From Octopus vulgaris (Eukaryota), in the NCBI GenBank assembly GCA_951406725.2, contig OX597816.1:146940001-147004000 (forward strand): 64,000 nt of DNA, given 5' to 3'. Of the stretch, positions 25,527 through 40,616 are shown in pieces. The translations under genes and the position numbers were made by a program. The stretch's first letter is position 1; every line of letters begins with the position of its first letter. The notes beneath the pieces were generated by a model. The model was not told the origin of the DNA. It did not search any database and saw only the letters and a program-made list of their open reading frames with translations.

Positions 25527-26039
25527 ATATGTTTATGCATATATATATATATATATGCGGGGTGGGTGAATGGGTGTGGGTGTGTGGTTGTGAGTGTGTA
25601 TATATGTGTGTGTGCACGTGAGTGTGAGTGCGTGCGTGTGTATGTATGTGTATGTTTGTATGAGTATATGTATGCAATTTTTCTGCAGAGAGATTTTTCC
25701 TTCCCTTTATACTAACATCTTTCCCTCTACTGCACAATATATCCAAAGTAGATTCATTACTCAGTATTTAGTGTGATCGTGTTATGTTGCACAGAAAATG
25801 GCAAGATAGTGCTGATGTTGTTTACCCTGTTGATCAGCAGTTTTTAGCAAACTACAAAGTACCGTGTGTATTAGTAACATTTATGATCACATAAATAATC
25901 TAATGTCTCTATTCCTTATTTAGCTCGTAAGATGCGATACAAAGGAAACTACATTTTTATTTCTAGCATGCCAGACAATTTCATATTCAGCCATCGCTAT
26001 CCAGTATGACTATAAATATCGCTGACCTCAGTGACAGAG

Positions 26040-26420
26040 AGAAAGGTCGCTAGGGACAGAGCATGACTATGGATGTTTATCTGCAGTTATTAGTAGCTTG
26101 AAGCATCTGAAGATGATCAATGACGCTAATGATATTTATGATGTTGCATAAATGGTAGCGTGTATGTGTACCATATGCTGGTCCATGCGGTGTGAGAGAA
26201 GCAGCAACTTTGTGATATTGCTAGTCTGTTGTTTCCCTAGAAGTTTGCAGATGAATTGGTTATAGTCTGGTAATTGCTGTGAAGTCTGAATGAAACTTGG
26301 TATCAGAAACACCTGTACAGAGTTCTTTCATTTCAGTATTATTATGTTGTATATCTGGACTATTAATGTGATCTGGTGGTTTGTGCACTGCATACTATAA
26401 TTTTAATTCTTTGTGCGATC
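26040..26420 (-). pseudogene. Very decayed APE-type LINE RT C-terminal remnant
   Basis: Minus strand YNQFI...ASLT.AWTS, resembling LYKQFIRP..YASPAW. Confidence 0.35.
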
Positions 26421-28358
26421 TTTTCTGTTATTTGTTTAATTGATTTTATGAGTGGTAGGTATGCAGAACAAAGTTAATTATTGATCGAATACTTAGTTTG
26501 GAAGCCACTGTCGTTTATTTTCCTTGTCCAAATTTGGACGCAAGAATGATACTTTCAGAAACCCATTTACTCTTTCATTAATTTCCTGAGAAGTTCACAT
26601 ACTCTTTCCATGGCCTTTTGCCAGATATATTGAGGATTATATCACAGATATTCCCATTGTGACATTTGCATGCTTAGAATCACTTAGCAGTTGATCAATG
26701 CCCTAAAAGATATAAACCATTTACGAAAGGAACATTGAATTCTATTACGTGAACGTCTTACCTTGGTTGAAACATGAAGTTTGCATCATGTTTCCAAACC
26801 TAGTTTCTTTGAACCCTGTTGTTAATGTTTCAAGGTGTACTCTTTGAAAAGATTGGCAGCGTTACTTGAAATTGCTACAGTGGAAGAATGTATACGTTCA
26901 AAATATTGGTTCACAGTTCCAATAGCATAGAAGATTGATAATAATATACAATACTTCTACCTCTGTTCGTTTTCAAATTTGTTTATACACCTAAAGTATT
27001 CTTTAATTTTGATCGTTATTTACCTATAAAATTCGAAATATATTCGAATTGTAAACAGATTAACTGTATGTACGATGGCAGATGGGTGTTGCGTGGTGAT
27101 AAAGTACAAACGTGTTTGTATTAGATGATTACCGCAAGCAAAAATGACTGGAAGATGAAGAGGTCATTAGACGCGAGAGCAGCAAGGACACCTGTGTAAG
27201 TGGACCTGAGACGTGAGTGGCAAGGAGGGGGGACTGTAAAAACGGAATATGTGTGAATTACGAAGCGCATATCTGTGTATGAAGGTAATGTGCCGATGTG
27301 GTTGTTCAAGTATTTATACATGTGCCCGTGTTTTCTATTAAAGTGTGTGTATGTTGCTACCTAACGTACGTATATATGTGTATATGTGTAGGATACATGT
27401 GCTAGAGCGCACATGTGTGTGTATATTCCGTGTGTTTGCGCGAATTTTGTGTAGATACGTGTGTGAATCTTGTTTTCTGTTTTTGTATGGTTGTAAGTCA
27501 TACATATGTGCATGTGTGTTCAATTGTTACCCGTTTCCTTCTTACAACGAAGGAGCTGGTTTCTAAAAAAGGTGCAATGCATATTGTAGTCATAGATAAA
27601 GTCTGGCAAAAATTCAAAGACGGAATGCTCAAGTTCGAACGCATATAATCATAGATGAACGCGGCTAGGGCTTAACCGAATTTCGATACTTGGTTTTAGT
27701 TGTACCATTACCCTTTTAATAAATAACAGTATGTTGTCATCTCCCTAGCCTGCATATTTACAGAATAATCTACATTTAGGAAGTTATAACAAAATATTTT
27801 TATTATTCATGCTGCAACAAGTAAGGCTTAAAATTTATGTTAAGACGACCCCATAGATTCAATTTCGTTTGTGAAACTAACACTTTTCGCTTTAACTTAT
27901 AATTCTTATGGGGGAAAATATGAACTTCTAAATTTCATACAACCCTTTTTACCTCACTACAAGGCCTTTGCGTCTTGTTAACAGAAAGAACGTGTTACTG
28001 GTGTATGAAATCCAGTGAAGCAGTAACTGTTCTTCATTTGAAATTTCCTGTAACTAAACACATCTACATATTGCCAAGTAAAAACTACATGAAAGGCAAC
28101 GAAGGTTTATGCTCCACTGAATATAATATCGCCTTCTGTTTCACTATGATTCTGTTGACTTGTATTACATACTTACATATTACTACAAATAAAAAAAACA
28201 AAAAATACTACATCCTAAATATGTTGATATTATGTGTATTTGAATATATTTGTATGTTAAACACAGACACACACATACATACCCATAAGTAAATATATCT
28301 ATATCTGTATGTATGAACGACGTTATGTGTGTATGTATATATATGCACGTATGTATGC

Positions 28359-28416
<58 letters not shown>

Positions 28417-29115
28417 AGATCTCTGGAAAGAATCTTACAGAACTGGAATGAAATCGAGTCAATGGATTTAGATTAACCTGCATTGGAGAAAAAGATAATA
28501 AAATATACATGTATATATACATATACTCACACACATATATGTATATATATATATATACATACATATATATTCATATATATATAATCACACGCACAAACAC
28601 ACACAAACGCACATATAGGGAGACGATGAGAGTGATTGAAGAAAAGAGAAAGGAAGAAAAAGGATGCGACAAAAATAAAAGGACGGATACATATATAAAG
28701 ATAAAGCTGGTTGCAGGCCAAAAACCATTACTCGTGCATTGATTTGTGTATTTTTATGTGCATCTAAATGTGCTGTGTATTTGTGTCTCTCTGTCTACAT
28801 GCCTTTGAGAAAATGGGGAGGGAGAGAGAGGAAGGCAGGTACTGAAAGACAGGTAGAGAGACAGACGGACACGAAACCCTTTAGTGCATTGAGAAGTAGA
28901 CACGATCGTTAACTCTATTAAATATACCGAATAAAATTAAACATATTTGAAACCAATTTAGCAGAAAGTACAGAAGCGGTGGATTAAATTCCTTAATACA
29001 TCTTATATCCATAGGTTCAATATTATAAATTTATCGCGCTAAAGTTTTTCAATATTTATAATGATTATAACCGATAATACTAATAAGTTATATTATTATC
29101 CTTCTTATCAGTAAT

Positions 29116-29147
<32 letters not shown>

Positions 29148-29232
29148 TCTTATTATGATTATTGTTGTTCTTTTTGAAATTAAGTTTATTTTTTTAATTA
29201 TTGATATCATTATTACTACTACGAATACGACT

Positions 29233-29450
29233 AAGGTGGCGAGCTGGCGGAAGCATTAGCACGCCGGGCGAAATGCTTAGCGGCTTTTCGTCTGTCTTTA
29301 CGTTCTGAGTTCAAATTCAGCCGAGGCCGACTTTGCCTTTCATCCTTTCGGGGTCGACAAATTTTGTACCAGTTTCGTACAGGGGCCGATCTAGTTGACT
29401 GGCCCCATCCCCAAACATTACTGGCCTTGTGCATATATCAGAAAAGATTA
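29233..29450 (+). mobile_element. Family A SINE
   Basis: aaggtggcgagctggcggaagcattagcacgccgggcgaaatgcttagcgg...gagttcaaattcagccgagg. Confidence 0.92.
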
Positions 29451-31834
29451 TTAATGCTACGACAACTAATATTTATTATAATCATAGTAATAATAATGAT
29501 AATGATAATCCTTTCTATTGGAGGCACAAGGCTTCAAGTGCAAAAAGTGCATGCTCCCTATACAATCCCCCTAATATATTGGGAATTGCTGCTTAATCCT
29601 CATAAGAGGATTACCTGGGCTGAATCCGATGATCCCATTGCTACGTCGAAATATCGTTTTTATTGTAAGGAAGACTATATATTTGTATAGTCTTAATATA
29701 TTCGTAGTGAAGCTGTATTGATATATTTATATATTTTAATGTACTTTTAATCTATCTATATTTTTATTGCGTGATTTTATGCACATAATTTTTATAACGG
29801 AACATATTTAAATATATGCTTATTCGTAACCCGTCTTTTCCCATCATTTTTCTTATGGCCCATATGTCTTGTGTGTCCTCTATATACGGAGAAAATTTAT
29901 GTCTAAAAAATAAATAAATAAATAAATATATATATATATAAAGAGAGACAGACAGACAGAGATAGAGAGATTGAGAGTTAGAGAAAGGTAGAAACATAGT
30001 GAGAGAGAGAGAGAGAGAGAAGGAAACGTACCAAGAAACTCAAATGTAATTGTAGATTATAAAAGAATAATCGCCAGGAACTTATTCAGTCAGGATTCGA
30101 GAACAGAATAAAGAATTTTTGAAGTTCAGGAGCTCAGTTAGAGCAAGAGACAGAGTGGGTACATATATCACGTAAAATTTCCCCTATCTTCTATTTCAAC
30201 AACTACTGCGTAACCATAATAACAAATTAACTCGATATTATAACTCATACTTAACGCTCGCTCTTACTGCAACAAAAGCTAACAGAACTTGATGGTAACG
30301 AACACAAATGGGCTATACGAATCGCAGAAAGCGTATTGGAACAAGTGCTTACTTGCATAATAGAGCTATGGTATGTGCATTCCTGAAAGACACAGTAAAG
30401 TAATGATATCTAAATTCAATTAGTTTTATTTGAAATTGAACAGAAACCAGTTTAGTATCAATCAACGTCTTGGATACAATGACGAGTATAACCAGCGAAA
30501 TGAAAACTCTATATAAAACCTAAACTAACATTGAGCTACTTAAAAATAAAACTTCCCTATTCTACCTCTCGAAAAATATCTCGAATAAAAGTTAATACAT
30601 AAGCTTTCTTATGTGATGGAGTACCTGTTCACAGTGCCCCATGCATCTTCACACATTCTCGCGTAGAGTCAATTCAAACATATTGTGTACAACACATACC
30701 ACTACAGATAAATAAAAACGGGCACAAGAGGAGGAGCAGTTTTATTCTACTTTTAAGTAATAACATTAAACGTGCGTAACAAAACATGCCCTCTTCTTAT
30801 TCAGCAAACAAATCCGCAAATTCAACTATTGCCATTTACTGTACTTTGGTATAAGGCAACGCATAGTGATGCATGATTACGGACCTTGCTAAAAAATATA
30901 CAATCTTAAAGTGAATAATTGCTGTCATTGGAATTGCTAAACATTTCTCCGGGATAACTAGTCTTTAAAACTAATTATTAAAACGAAGCTTGTGCAACCG
31001 GAGAAACAAAAGACAATTTATATATATTTCCTATAATTTATGGAGCAGAAACCTTATTAAATGCCAGCTATACTAGTCTGCTATAACTTTGGGAGAGCCT
31101 CACAAAGAGAACACTTTATTAATTACAATGTATATTTATCAAATGATACATCCCTTGACATCCCTTGAACTGTCAAGAACTACTATCCCATTCGTCAAAC
31201 TGGAGTTATTACTTATTTCGTAGTAACACCTAGTAAAGACTATAGAACATTTGTAAATCGATCTCATATCGATTAGCAACAACAAATCAACTGTAACTTT
31301 CGACTAGCCTTTACTTCAACAACTGCAACCTAATCTCTGTCGAACGTCGTTTTAACTCCCTGGATACAAGCACATTATAATGGTATACACGAAGCTAGAA
31401 GCAAACTTATGCGCATGTGAAATTCATACATAATCACATACATACAAACAAACGTACATGTGTATGTGTATATATATACATACACACAGAAACGTACGTA
31501 AACTAACAAACACACACAAATACAGTGCATACACACTTACATACACTCGCCCAAGCACAAACACACACATACAGGCGAGCTGCATAATTTCCGAATAATG
31601 ATTGAAATATACATTAAAATAAAAATGCTAATTCGTTTTCCTCATACACCGGCACTTAAATTCCAACCGGCACCAAATATTGATTTCTTCATTGCGCAAA
31701 GGATTATATGCTATATATATATATATATATATATTCATACATACGTACATATATGCATTTATATATATATATACATATGCATATAGATATATATATATGT
31801 GTATGTATACGCGTATATGTATATGTATGCATAT

Positions 31835-31881
<47 letters not shown>

Positions 31882-32415
31882 CAAATATATTTGTATGTAT
31901 TTATGTATGTAAATTCTTAGGAATGTGTATATGTATACATGATTTCACATGAATTATGTACGTATATATGCACCTTCTACGAAGCAGCAGAATATATAAC
32001 TTTTTCTCCTGAAGAAAATCGATATCTCTATCGGGCGAAATTTAAGTGCTTCAGAGATAAAAAGAAATTCATGTTTATTTCAATATTTATCCCGTTTATT
32101 ATATTTTTTTAGGGCAATCTTTTTACCGTTATAAGAGAAATTATACCACTGCGCTCTGCAATGAAAATATTATTGGGCTCAAATTTGTACCTGTTTCACA
32201 CATCAATATCGACTTATACAGCGGGAGAAATTATGATAATTATCAATATTTGTAGTTTGTATCACTTTGTTTAGATTATGTCATAACCTTAAAATTAATA
32301 TAATATTTATTACATTCGGCTTCATTGGTCAGTCTGACTCGATATTGTGCGGATATTTTACGGATTTTTATTTACTTTTGGGGATTTATTCGCTTTAGTA
32401 ACACAAATATATGTT

Positions 32416-32815
32416 GGCATAGGAGTGGCTGTGTGGTAAATAGCTTGGTTACCAACCACATGGTTCCGGGTTATATATACATCGGGCTTCTTTCAGTTTC
32501 CGTCTAGCAAATCCACTCACAAGGTTTTGGTCGGCCTGAGGCTATAGTAAAAGACACTTGCCCTAGGTTCCACGCAGTGGGACTGAGTCCGGAACCATGT
32601 GGTTGGGAAGCAAGCTACTTACCACACAACCACTCCTACGCCAACGTATTATGTTTTTATACGTCCCCTTGACTTAGCGGTTCGGTAAAAGAGACTAATA
32701 GAATAAGTACTAGGCTTCCAAAGAATAAGTCCTGGGGTCGATTTGCTCGACTAAAGGCGGTACTCCAGTATGGACACAGTCAAATGACTGAAACAAGTAA
32801 AAGAGTAAAGAGTAA
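32416..32815 (+). mobile_element. Family B SINE containing an inverted head copy
   Basis: Sense head 32416-32471, antisense head 32472-32642, sense 3' module about 32655-32815. Confidence 0.85.
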
Positions 32816-33158
32816 GTGTTGCTATGACGAATAATTTCATAATGAAGACTCCTAAGATAGTATTCTACATACAAATACATAAATGTATAAGCACATGTAT
32901 AAAAATCTGTGTCTATGTGTATGTGTGTGTATGTATGAGTCTATATATGTGTGCGTATGTATGTAAGTATATAAGAAAGTGATAAATGTGAAAATGCACA
33001 GAGCACATATTAATATCATTTGATGGATGCGCTGAAAGTTCATGTCAAGGATTTAGCCCACTAGATGTCATGTGACATTCAGTGAAATTGTTATGAGAAT
33101 TTAAGGCAGTTTTAGTTTGTTGGATGTTTCACGTGGCTGTGTAGAGAGAACTTGACTT

Positions 33159-33237
33159 ATGTAGCCATATGTAGTGTCGTATATATGTAGCGATATGTAG
33201 TGTCGTATATTATGTAGCCATATATAGTGTCGTATAT
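33159..33237. repeat. 26-27 bp minisatellite, 3 copies
   Basis: Three near-identical units of atgtagccatatgtagtgtcgtatat. Confidence 0.9.
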
Positions 33238-34609
33238 ACTGGTTTAGTAGATCACTGATTGCGTAGTGTTTGTGGTGTTATGGGCTGTGATGAGCTATGT
33301 GGTGTTGGTGGAGAGTATTTCAGATGAGGTAAACGGAAGTGAAGACTGCAGGGGCCGGCAGAAGAGCCACGGGGGCACGCGTGGGAAAAAAAAACGTGGG
33401 GCAGTTCGATGAGAGACGGGAGCGGGCAAAGATATGATTTTTTTTCGTGACAGTGATCGCTCATCCCGCCTAGGTCAACAGGTAAGGTCTCTATTTCTTT
33501 CTCCCTTTTGCTTCTTTTTCTGTTGTCTTTTTCCTCCATCACACTACAGATTGTTTCCTACAATCATGCAAATGTGGCCAAGACATTTGGAAACGAAGCA
33601 TAGTTTGAAACTATCTGTAGTATATAAGTGGTATGCAAAGATACAATTGAAATTGGTTTCCTAAATATTTACATCTAATTAAATATGGTGTATTTACTGA
33701 GCGCGCGTGGGCGAGTGTATGTGTGTGCCGCGTCTGTATGCCGTGCGCGCACGTGTGTGTGTGTATGCGCGCGCATGTGTGCATGTGTGTGTCTGCGTCT
33801 GTGCCTGTGTCTATACCGATGTGTGTGTGTATGTCTATGTCTGCGCATGTGTGCGTGTGTTTCCCCGTGTGCGTGTATGTCTGTGCATGTGCCTCAGTGT
33901 GTGTGTGTCTGTGTATGTGACTATCTACCGTGCATGTGCAGATGTGATATATAATATCGACCATCACAGCCACACACACGGGGATATTTATCGAGGACTT
34001 AGTGAAAAACTGTTCATATGATATGGAGGTTACTGAAATTTGCTATGCTGAAAATTAAAGTGGCATTCATAAAATTTTAGGAAGAGATATGATTCATTTT
34101 TATCAGCACCAATTTTAATACAACCGTGAACAGTGAATCGAAAATTATTGATAATTTCATAGCCATTTCAGGCGTGCTTTTATTAAAAAAAAAGAATTTT
34201 CTTACTTTATTAACGTTTAGTCCAAGGCATGCAGTGAACAGTGATAAAGTAGAAAGGCTAGGAATTTGCGAGATTTAATTTTTGTGAATATGACTTTACG
34301 TTCAATCAAAGATATTTGTCCAATCCTGGGATCTTGTATGTTGTCGGTAAATCGTTTATCTCATGCTTAAAGTGAGTTCGTGTAGTCGAAATTTTGTTCT
34401 ACGTATCTGGTGAATTCGGTAGATTATATTATACATATATTATTTGATGAACAATTAAGTGTTTTTCACGATAAATGTCTCTCAGAGTATAAATTTAGAG
34501 TTGCATCTTGAATAAGTTCCGAAATAGCATTCAAAATGTATATAAGTACATACCTATATGTATTCTGATAAATTTATGTTGGAATTACATCATTCCTTCA
34601 AAGCCTCGG

Positions 34610-35600
34610 ATTCTCTATTACAGGAGAAACCCTAATAAACTCACTCAATGTCCTATATGTTACCCTCGACCAGGAATCAATTATCTATAAGCCTTACAAC
34701 GAAGTTAACGAAAAATGTATATACATATACAAACCTAATACACCAAACGCATTATCCAAAACCTAGTAAAGAATATTTCTCTGACATTCCTCTTCATGCT
34801 GAAATGACAAAAAACATAATATACGCATTAACGAAATAGCAACTCCATATAACAAACTTCTTAATAAGAGTTTATACAAGGAAAACGTAGAATATATACA
34901 TCACTATACTCCCAGAACAAATAAAACCCGCAGAAGTATTAAAAGGAATATAGTCTGGGTTAATTCTCAATTCAGCAGAGGAATCTCATCACCAATATCT
35001 ACATTAAGTTTCAAATACTACAGAAACACTTCCACCCCAACCAGAAGTATTACAAACTAATAAACTAATAAAGCATCACAGCAATAAAATAGTCATGCTA
35101 CACTACAAAAAACTTTGAAAAAAATTTCGACAAATCGAACCAACAAAAATTGTCTAAAACTGATTACTAAACCACGTACGCATTAATTTCATTCATCCTA
35201 CACTCAAGAAGGAAACTGCCTCTCAAGAAATATAGTATATAACATTGAGGTAACAACGAAAATTATATCAAATACTATATCTATATAGTATTTGGTATAG
35301 ATTCAATAGCAAACCAGTTAAAGACAATACAAGAAGCACACGCACACTCCTCTCAGCTGGAACAGGAAAATGATACACCACTATTCAACAATATATGTCA
35401 ATTAATTTCTCAACATATTCTATCCAGCATCAATTGGAAAATACTCTCACACGCACAATCATACTAACGCAAAATTAAACTCTTTTTACTAATGAATCCT
35501 ACTACATCATAACAGTAATCGGTCAAATTCTGAAATGCAAATCTGAACTAGTTTCTTCGGGCAAGTACATCTTAACACAAAAACAAAAATACATTTCATA
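34610..35600 (+). pseudogene. Penelope-like RT thumb plus GIY-YIG relic
   Basis: YKPYNE, RIIQNLVKNIS, NEIATPYNKLLNK, NCLSRNIVYNIEVTT, NWKILSHAQSY, NESYYII, KSELVSS (cf. LNKRSELVSKCRH); many indels. Confidence 0.75.
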
Positions 35601-36074
35601 CCAAGAATTTATTTTAAATGTTAATCATATTATTTCCTCACCCTCTACCCTCCTTCCACCTACTAGAATATGCATAAAAACTCAATTACAGCTTTTCACT
35701 AAACGATTAGTGCGGATTAAGTTACCCTATTACCAGCCAATATCCTCACAAAAGAGTTTCAACTATAATATCCAAGCATATATATCTATATGAAAGCAAA
35801 TTGGAAGATGCTTTTCTCTCTTCTATTTTAAAATTTTCTTTCTTTTGCAACTTTAATTTTTTTCTTTGTTTTCTCTTTTTTAAACTTAATTTTCTTTTTT
35901 AATGATTTTTAATTAATCTTTAAATCCTATAGAGCTAAATTTTGAGCTAAATTTTATTTTTATTTTCATTTTCATAGACACCTTTTATAATTGCCTACTT
36001 TCGCATGTTTCTGGAGACATAAAATGGTATATTATAAATTGCCCACGTTTGAAAAAGAACGGAACAAATATTCA

Positions 36075-36470
36075 TAGACACACAATCCAAAATTTTAACA
36101 CAAGTGTTAACGTTTTTATCTAATAATGAAATTGCTTATAAAACAATTAACAACAACTACAGAGAAACGTACAGACAAATAACAACGCCAAATCCCCGTT
36201 ATGAACATGAAAGCTCAAGTAAAGCAAATTTCTATACGAACAACAAGATGACATGCCAGACTAAGGACTAGACACACAATCCAAAATTTTAACACAAGTG
36301 TTAACGTTTTTATCTAATAATGAAATTGCTTATAAAACAATTAACAACAACTACAGAGAAACGTACAGACAAATAACATTTCCACCACGCCAAATCCCCG
36401 TTATGAACATGAAAGCTCAAGTAAAGCAAATTTCTATACGAACAACAAGATGACATGCCAGACTAAGGAC
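36075..36470. repeat. Near-perfect tandem duplication (194 and 202 bp)
   Basis: 36075-36268 and 36269-36470 appear identical apart from one 8-bp indel. Confidence 0.95.
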
Positions 36471-37433
36471 CCCCACTTCTCAAATAAAAGCAGGAAATAC
36501 CTTAAATAGCACCACCAACAAGTAAAGAAACTGAGCAGCTAAAACATACCTACAACCTGTATCCTTTTGTGTAACCACTAAAATTCCATTACATGTTGAC
36601 ACAAGTTTTACATACTGAACTTTGCACCCTTGATAGTTACATTGTCAGAACAAAGGATTGGATCATATAAAAACTGAAATAACTGTGACCACCAAATAAA
36701 AGGGTCACGTATAAATATACACATTTGCTTACAAACATGAATGAATTCTCCACAATATCATATACCCAATTTTAAACAGTAAAATTTATCCAAAACACCT
36801 CTCCATAACAATCTACCCTAAAACTAAATTACCACTGACTGAAACCCGCACAACTAAGGAAGAGTTTAACTTAACGGAGACTATATAAAGCGACGATTAA
36901 CTTCAGTTTATCACAGTCCGAGATCTCTGTCAATAACATTCTTATTTTAGAATAGATAAATACACACACATATTACATAAATATCATATATATATATATA
37001 AACTCTACTGCTGTCTGTCAACAAATATAATATTTCGACAACATAAACATAAATTAGAGGTAAAACAACGCAACAATGTAGATTAGATGTGTTCGTGCAT
37101 AGAAAGATATGCATGAATGTTAATTCTTAAATGTCTACATTATTATTTCTTAATCAAATAACAATTAATTAACACAAAGTAGAAAGAACATAGGGATAGA
37201 TGTATTCTATGAGCAAACGTCATAATCATATTGGAATAAACTTAAATATACTAAGTGAAATTTAACTCCGAAATTTGCAAAGCAATCAATCACTATGGAA
37301 ATCAAATAATAATACTAAATTCTATACATATAATAGTTGCAAAATTGTAATGTATTCCTACAGGTGTATATGCAACAAATACAAATCGAAATGATAAAAA
37401 AGTATAATTGAAGTTGTATAAACTAAAGTCTTA

Positions 37434-37506
<73 letters not shown>

Positions 37507-39355
37507 ATATCGTAGACGGCCTGAACAAAATTCTCAAAAAAATATATTCAATATATAAAGCAATTACTATATATATTAAACTGTCAGGTTGGAAATTGGT
37601 GGAAGCTAAAGAAAGGAACAATTGAAATTCAACAAAAGAAAGTAGAAAGTAAATATAAAATCCAGAGACATAAGTCCCCGAGGGCTTAATGTAAACTGAC
37701 AGTAAATAATTTTCTACAGATCCAGTTGCATCTTGCCAGCGTTTGCTTATCAGAATCACGGCAAAACTTCTTGGAACGTTGAAATCTAATATTATTTTTG
37801 AAAAAGACATGGCCATTAAATATAGCTATGTTTGACTCTAATCAAAACTGCGCTTTGCAACATTTTCAAAATAGATGACATGGTTCCTACCGCGTTACGA
37901 TAATAAAGTCATGATTTCAATTACTGGACTGTGTCGTGGTCAAGGTATTTATTTTCGCTTTGCTTAAGTTTATTCAGTCAAGTATCACCACCTTTCGACT
38001 GCTAATGCAACCTTCTCGTTGCACTCGCTGTCCAGTTGTTCATGTGCAGTAAGATGAATTTTGAATGGGCCATGAAGATATCTATGCATGCTCGCAGCTG
38101 TAGAGGTACCTAAAAGTAATTGATGAAAGCAGTGTTCGTAAATGCTACCAAGTCACACTCACATGGGTGGGACAGTTATGCTTTCTGCACTCAATTTTTT
38201 TCTTTAAATGCCAACTTAACAACTATTTTCCAAACATGATCTTACGTTTACACTATGAGATGAAATTGTAATATCCTTGCAACTTTTCACATACATCACC
38301 TCGCACATTTTAATAACGCTGACTAATATGTTTAAAACGGTAATTTATATGAGGTTAATGCTATATGCGATAGCGAATGTTCTTGTACTGGTTTCAATTT
38401 TTGGACTGAGATCACAATAGGTCGTTGATTCTAAAGGTTTTGCATATCATATTGACCATATGTGCTAATTTCGTTTTACTTTTTTATTTTACCAGATCTA
38501 TTTGTTGAACTGTTAAGATGCAGGGTAAAATAGTAACATCACCGATTTTAATACATCAAAGTTAAAAACTAGCAGACACAGATCCTCAGTTACTTCTGCT
38601 CATATATATTCTTGTATGAATTAATAGTAGTGACTTATAACTGCTTCACTCAAAGTTTTATAGACGAAAAGACGTGTCTGATTCTTCGGATGCTGTCGAT
38701 TTAAGTTATGGTGCTCACTATTTCTAAAGATGTCAGATGTTTTATGGCTTTATGCGTAAAGTACGTTCCTATTATTCAGTTCGTGTGACGTAGATGAAGG
38801 ATTTTGGAGATTGCCCGATAACTGTTAAGTATATTAGTTTCTGATGAAATGGTAAACAAATCTGAAGCAATAGATCTAAATGGTCTTCAAGAGGATTCCT
38901 AATAGGATTTCATTAATTTTTTTAAGAAAATGTAATAAAAACCCTACCAACTAATGGTTTAAAATTTGCTAATAGGAATCGCCGTCGTTTGGGGTAGTAT
39001 GGGAATTAGCCATTCATGTTAAAGAATAAAGTGTGCACGAAATGTGCCGTTTCTCAAAGAAGTATAAACGGCTGTTAAGCACTCGAAGTATGAGTGCATA
39101 CACATGCACAAATGTTCTAAGAACATATGTGGCTGCCTTTCCACAAAGATCGATTCTTTCAAAAAGCGGTGATCGCTCTCTTCCGCTCCTTTGTACTTCT
39201 ATTGCTATGTTTGCATGCACGTGTGTGTATATATATCTGTGTTCGTGTGTGTGCGCGCAGTGCACGTGCATGTGGGTCAGTGCGTCTGTATATATATACA
39301 CACACAGAGATATATATGCATATATATATATATGTGTATATATATATATACATAC

Positions 39356-39400
<45 letters not shown>

Positions 39401-39407
39401 TACTTAT

Positions 39408-39726
39408 GTGGAGGCGCAATGTCCCAGTGTTAGTGCAGCGGACTCGTGGTCGGGGGATCGCAGTTTCGATTCCCAGACCGGGCCTTGTGTGTGTTTATTG
39501 AGCGAAAACTCCGAAAACTCCACGAGGCTCCGGCGGGGGATGGTGGCGACCCCTGTTTTACTCTTTCGCCTCAACTTTCTCTCACTCTTTCTTCCTGTTT
39601 CTTGGCTAACGCTGCGATGAACTGGCGTCCCGTCTAGCTGAGGGGAATACATACGCCACAGAAACCGGGAAACCGAGCCCATGAGCCTGGCTAGGCTTGA
39701 AAAGGGCGCATAAATAAACAATAAAA
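39408..39726 (+). mobile_element. tRNA-derived SINE, family C (Meta/V-type 3' motif)
   Basis: Head ggaggcgcaatgtcccagtgttag..gtttcgattccc, motif gctgcgatgaactggcgtcccgtctag..acagaaaccggg, A-rich tail. Confidence 0.85.
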
Positions 39727-40454
39727 TGTATACTTATATGTGTATGTATAGTTCATAACCCTTTCCACTATTCCATTTTGATTAATACTGCTTTATATCT
39801 AGAAACATATCGGCAAATAAAGATTTAGTCCTACTCGTTACACAGACACAGCATTTACTGAGGGTTTTCTCTCGATCTCTCCTCAAAAGTAAAAGTGCTG
39901 TGCCTGTACAACTGCTATGTTTAAAGCATTAGTTGCCCGTATAATTATGAATATATGCCTCAAGATTATAACCGATAAAATAATATCGCGAAATGCAATT
40001 ATCTTACTCTCGTATTTAAACTTTACGCCGAAATATAACACATGGATTTTTTGGTTGTTCGAAGAGCAGTTCCATAAGGATATTTCACCCTTCCAGGCTT
40101 CTCATTATAGCTCCCTGTGGAAGTGCTACGGTAAAATTCTGGATTATATTGCCCCAAATGTCCGAACATGTACGCACGCACACACCCACCATCACACACA
40201 CACCCACCATCACACACACACCCACCATCACACACACACCCACCATCACACACACACACAGACATTCACACACACACACGCGTACATACACAAACACGCA
40301 TGCACAGACACATATATATAAATACATCCATGCTGGCGTATATATATGAAGAGCTTCAGCATTGTTCCTCATTTACCAGATCTGTCTCACACAGTATGTT
40401 CTAGATTGCAACAGCTCGATGTAATAACGCATCGAAATCGGGCAGTTCGCATTC

Positions 40455-40506
<52 letters not shown>

Positions 40507-40541
40507 CATACATACATACATACATACATACATACATAATG

Positions 40542-40616
<75 letters not shown>

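Noticed and set aside
27125-27195. Candidate 71-nt exon (MITASKNDWKMKRSLDARAARTP, donor gtaagt)
   Set aside because: Weak acceptor, and it has a stop in the phase needed to join the 20272 donor.
30470-31360. Possible further Penelope relic
   Set aside because: Too decayed to read convincing motifs.
33159-33237. CRISPR-like short repeats (also 40180-40255)
   Set aside because: No unique spacers; these are eukaryotic minisatellites.
38835-38880. Other ctgatga...gaa motifs (also about 13290, 26880, 36835)
   Set aside because: Core or helices too broken to distinguish from chance by eye.
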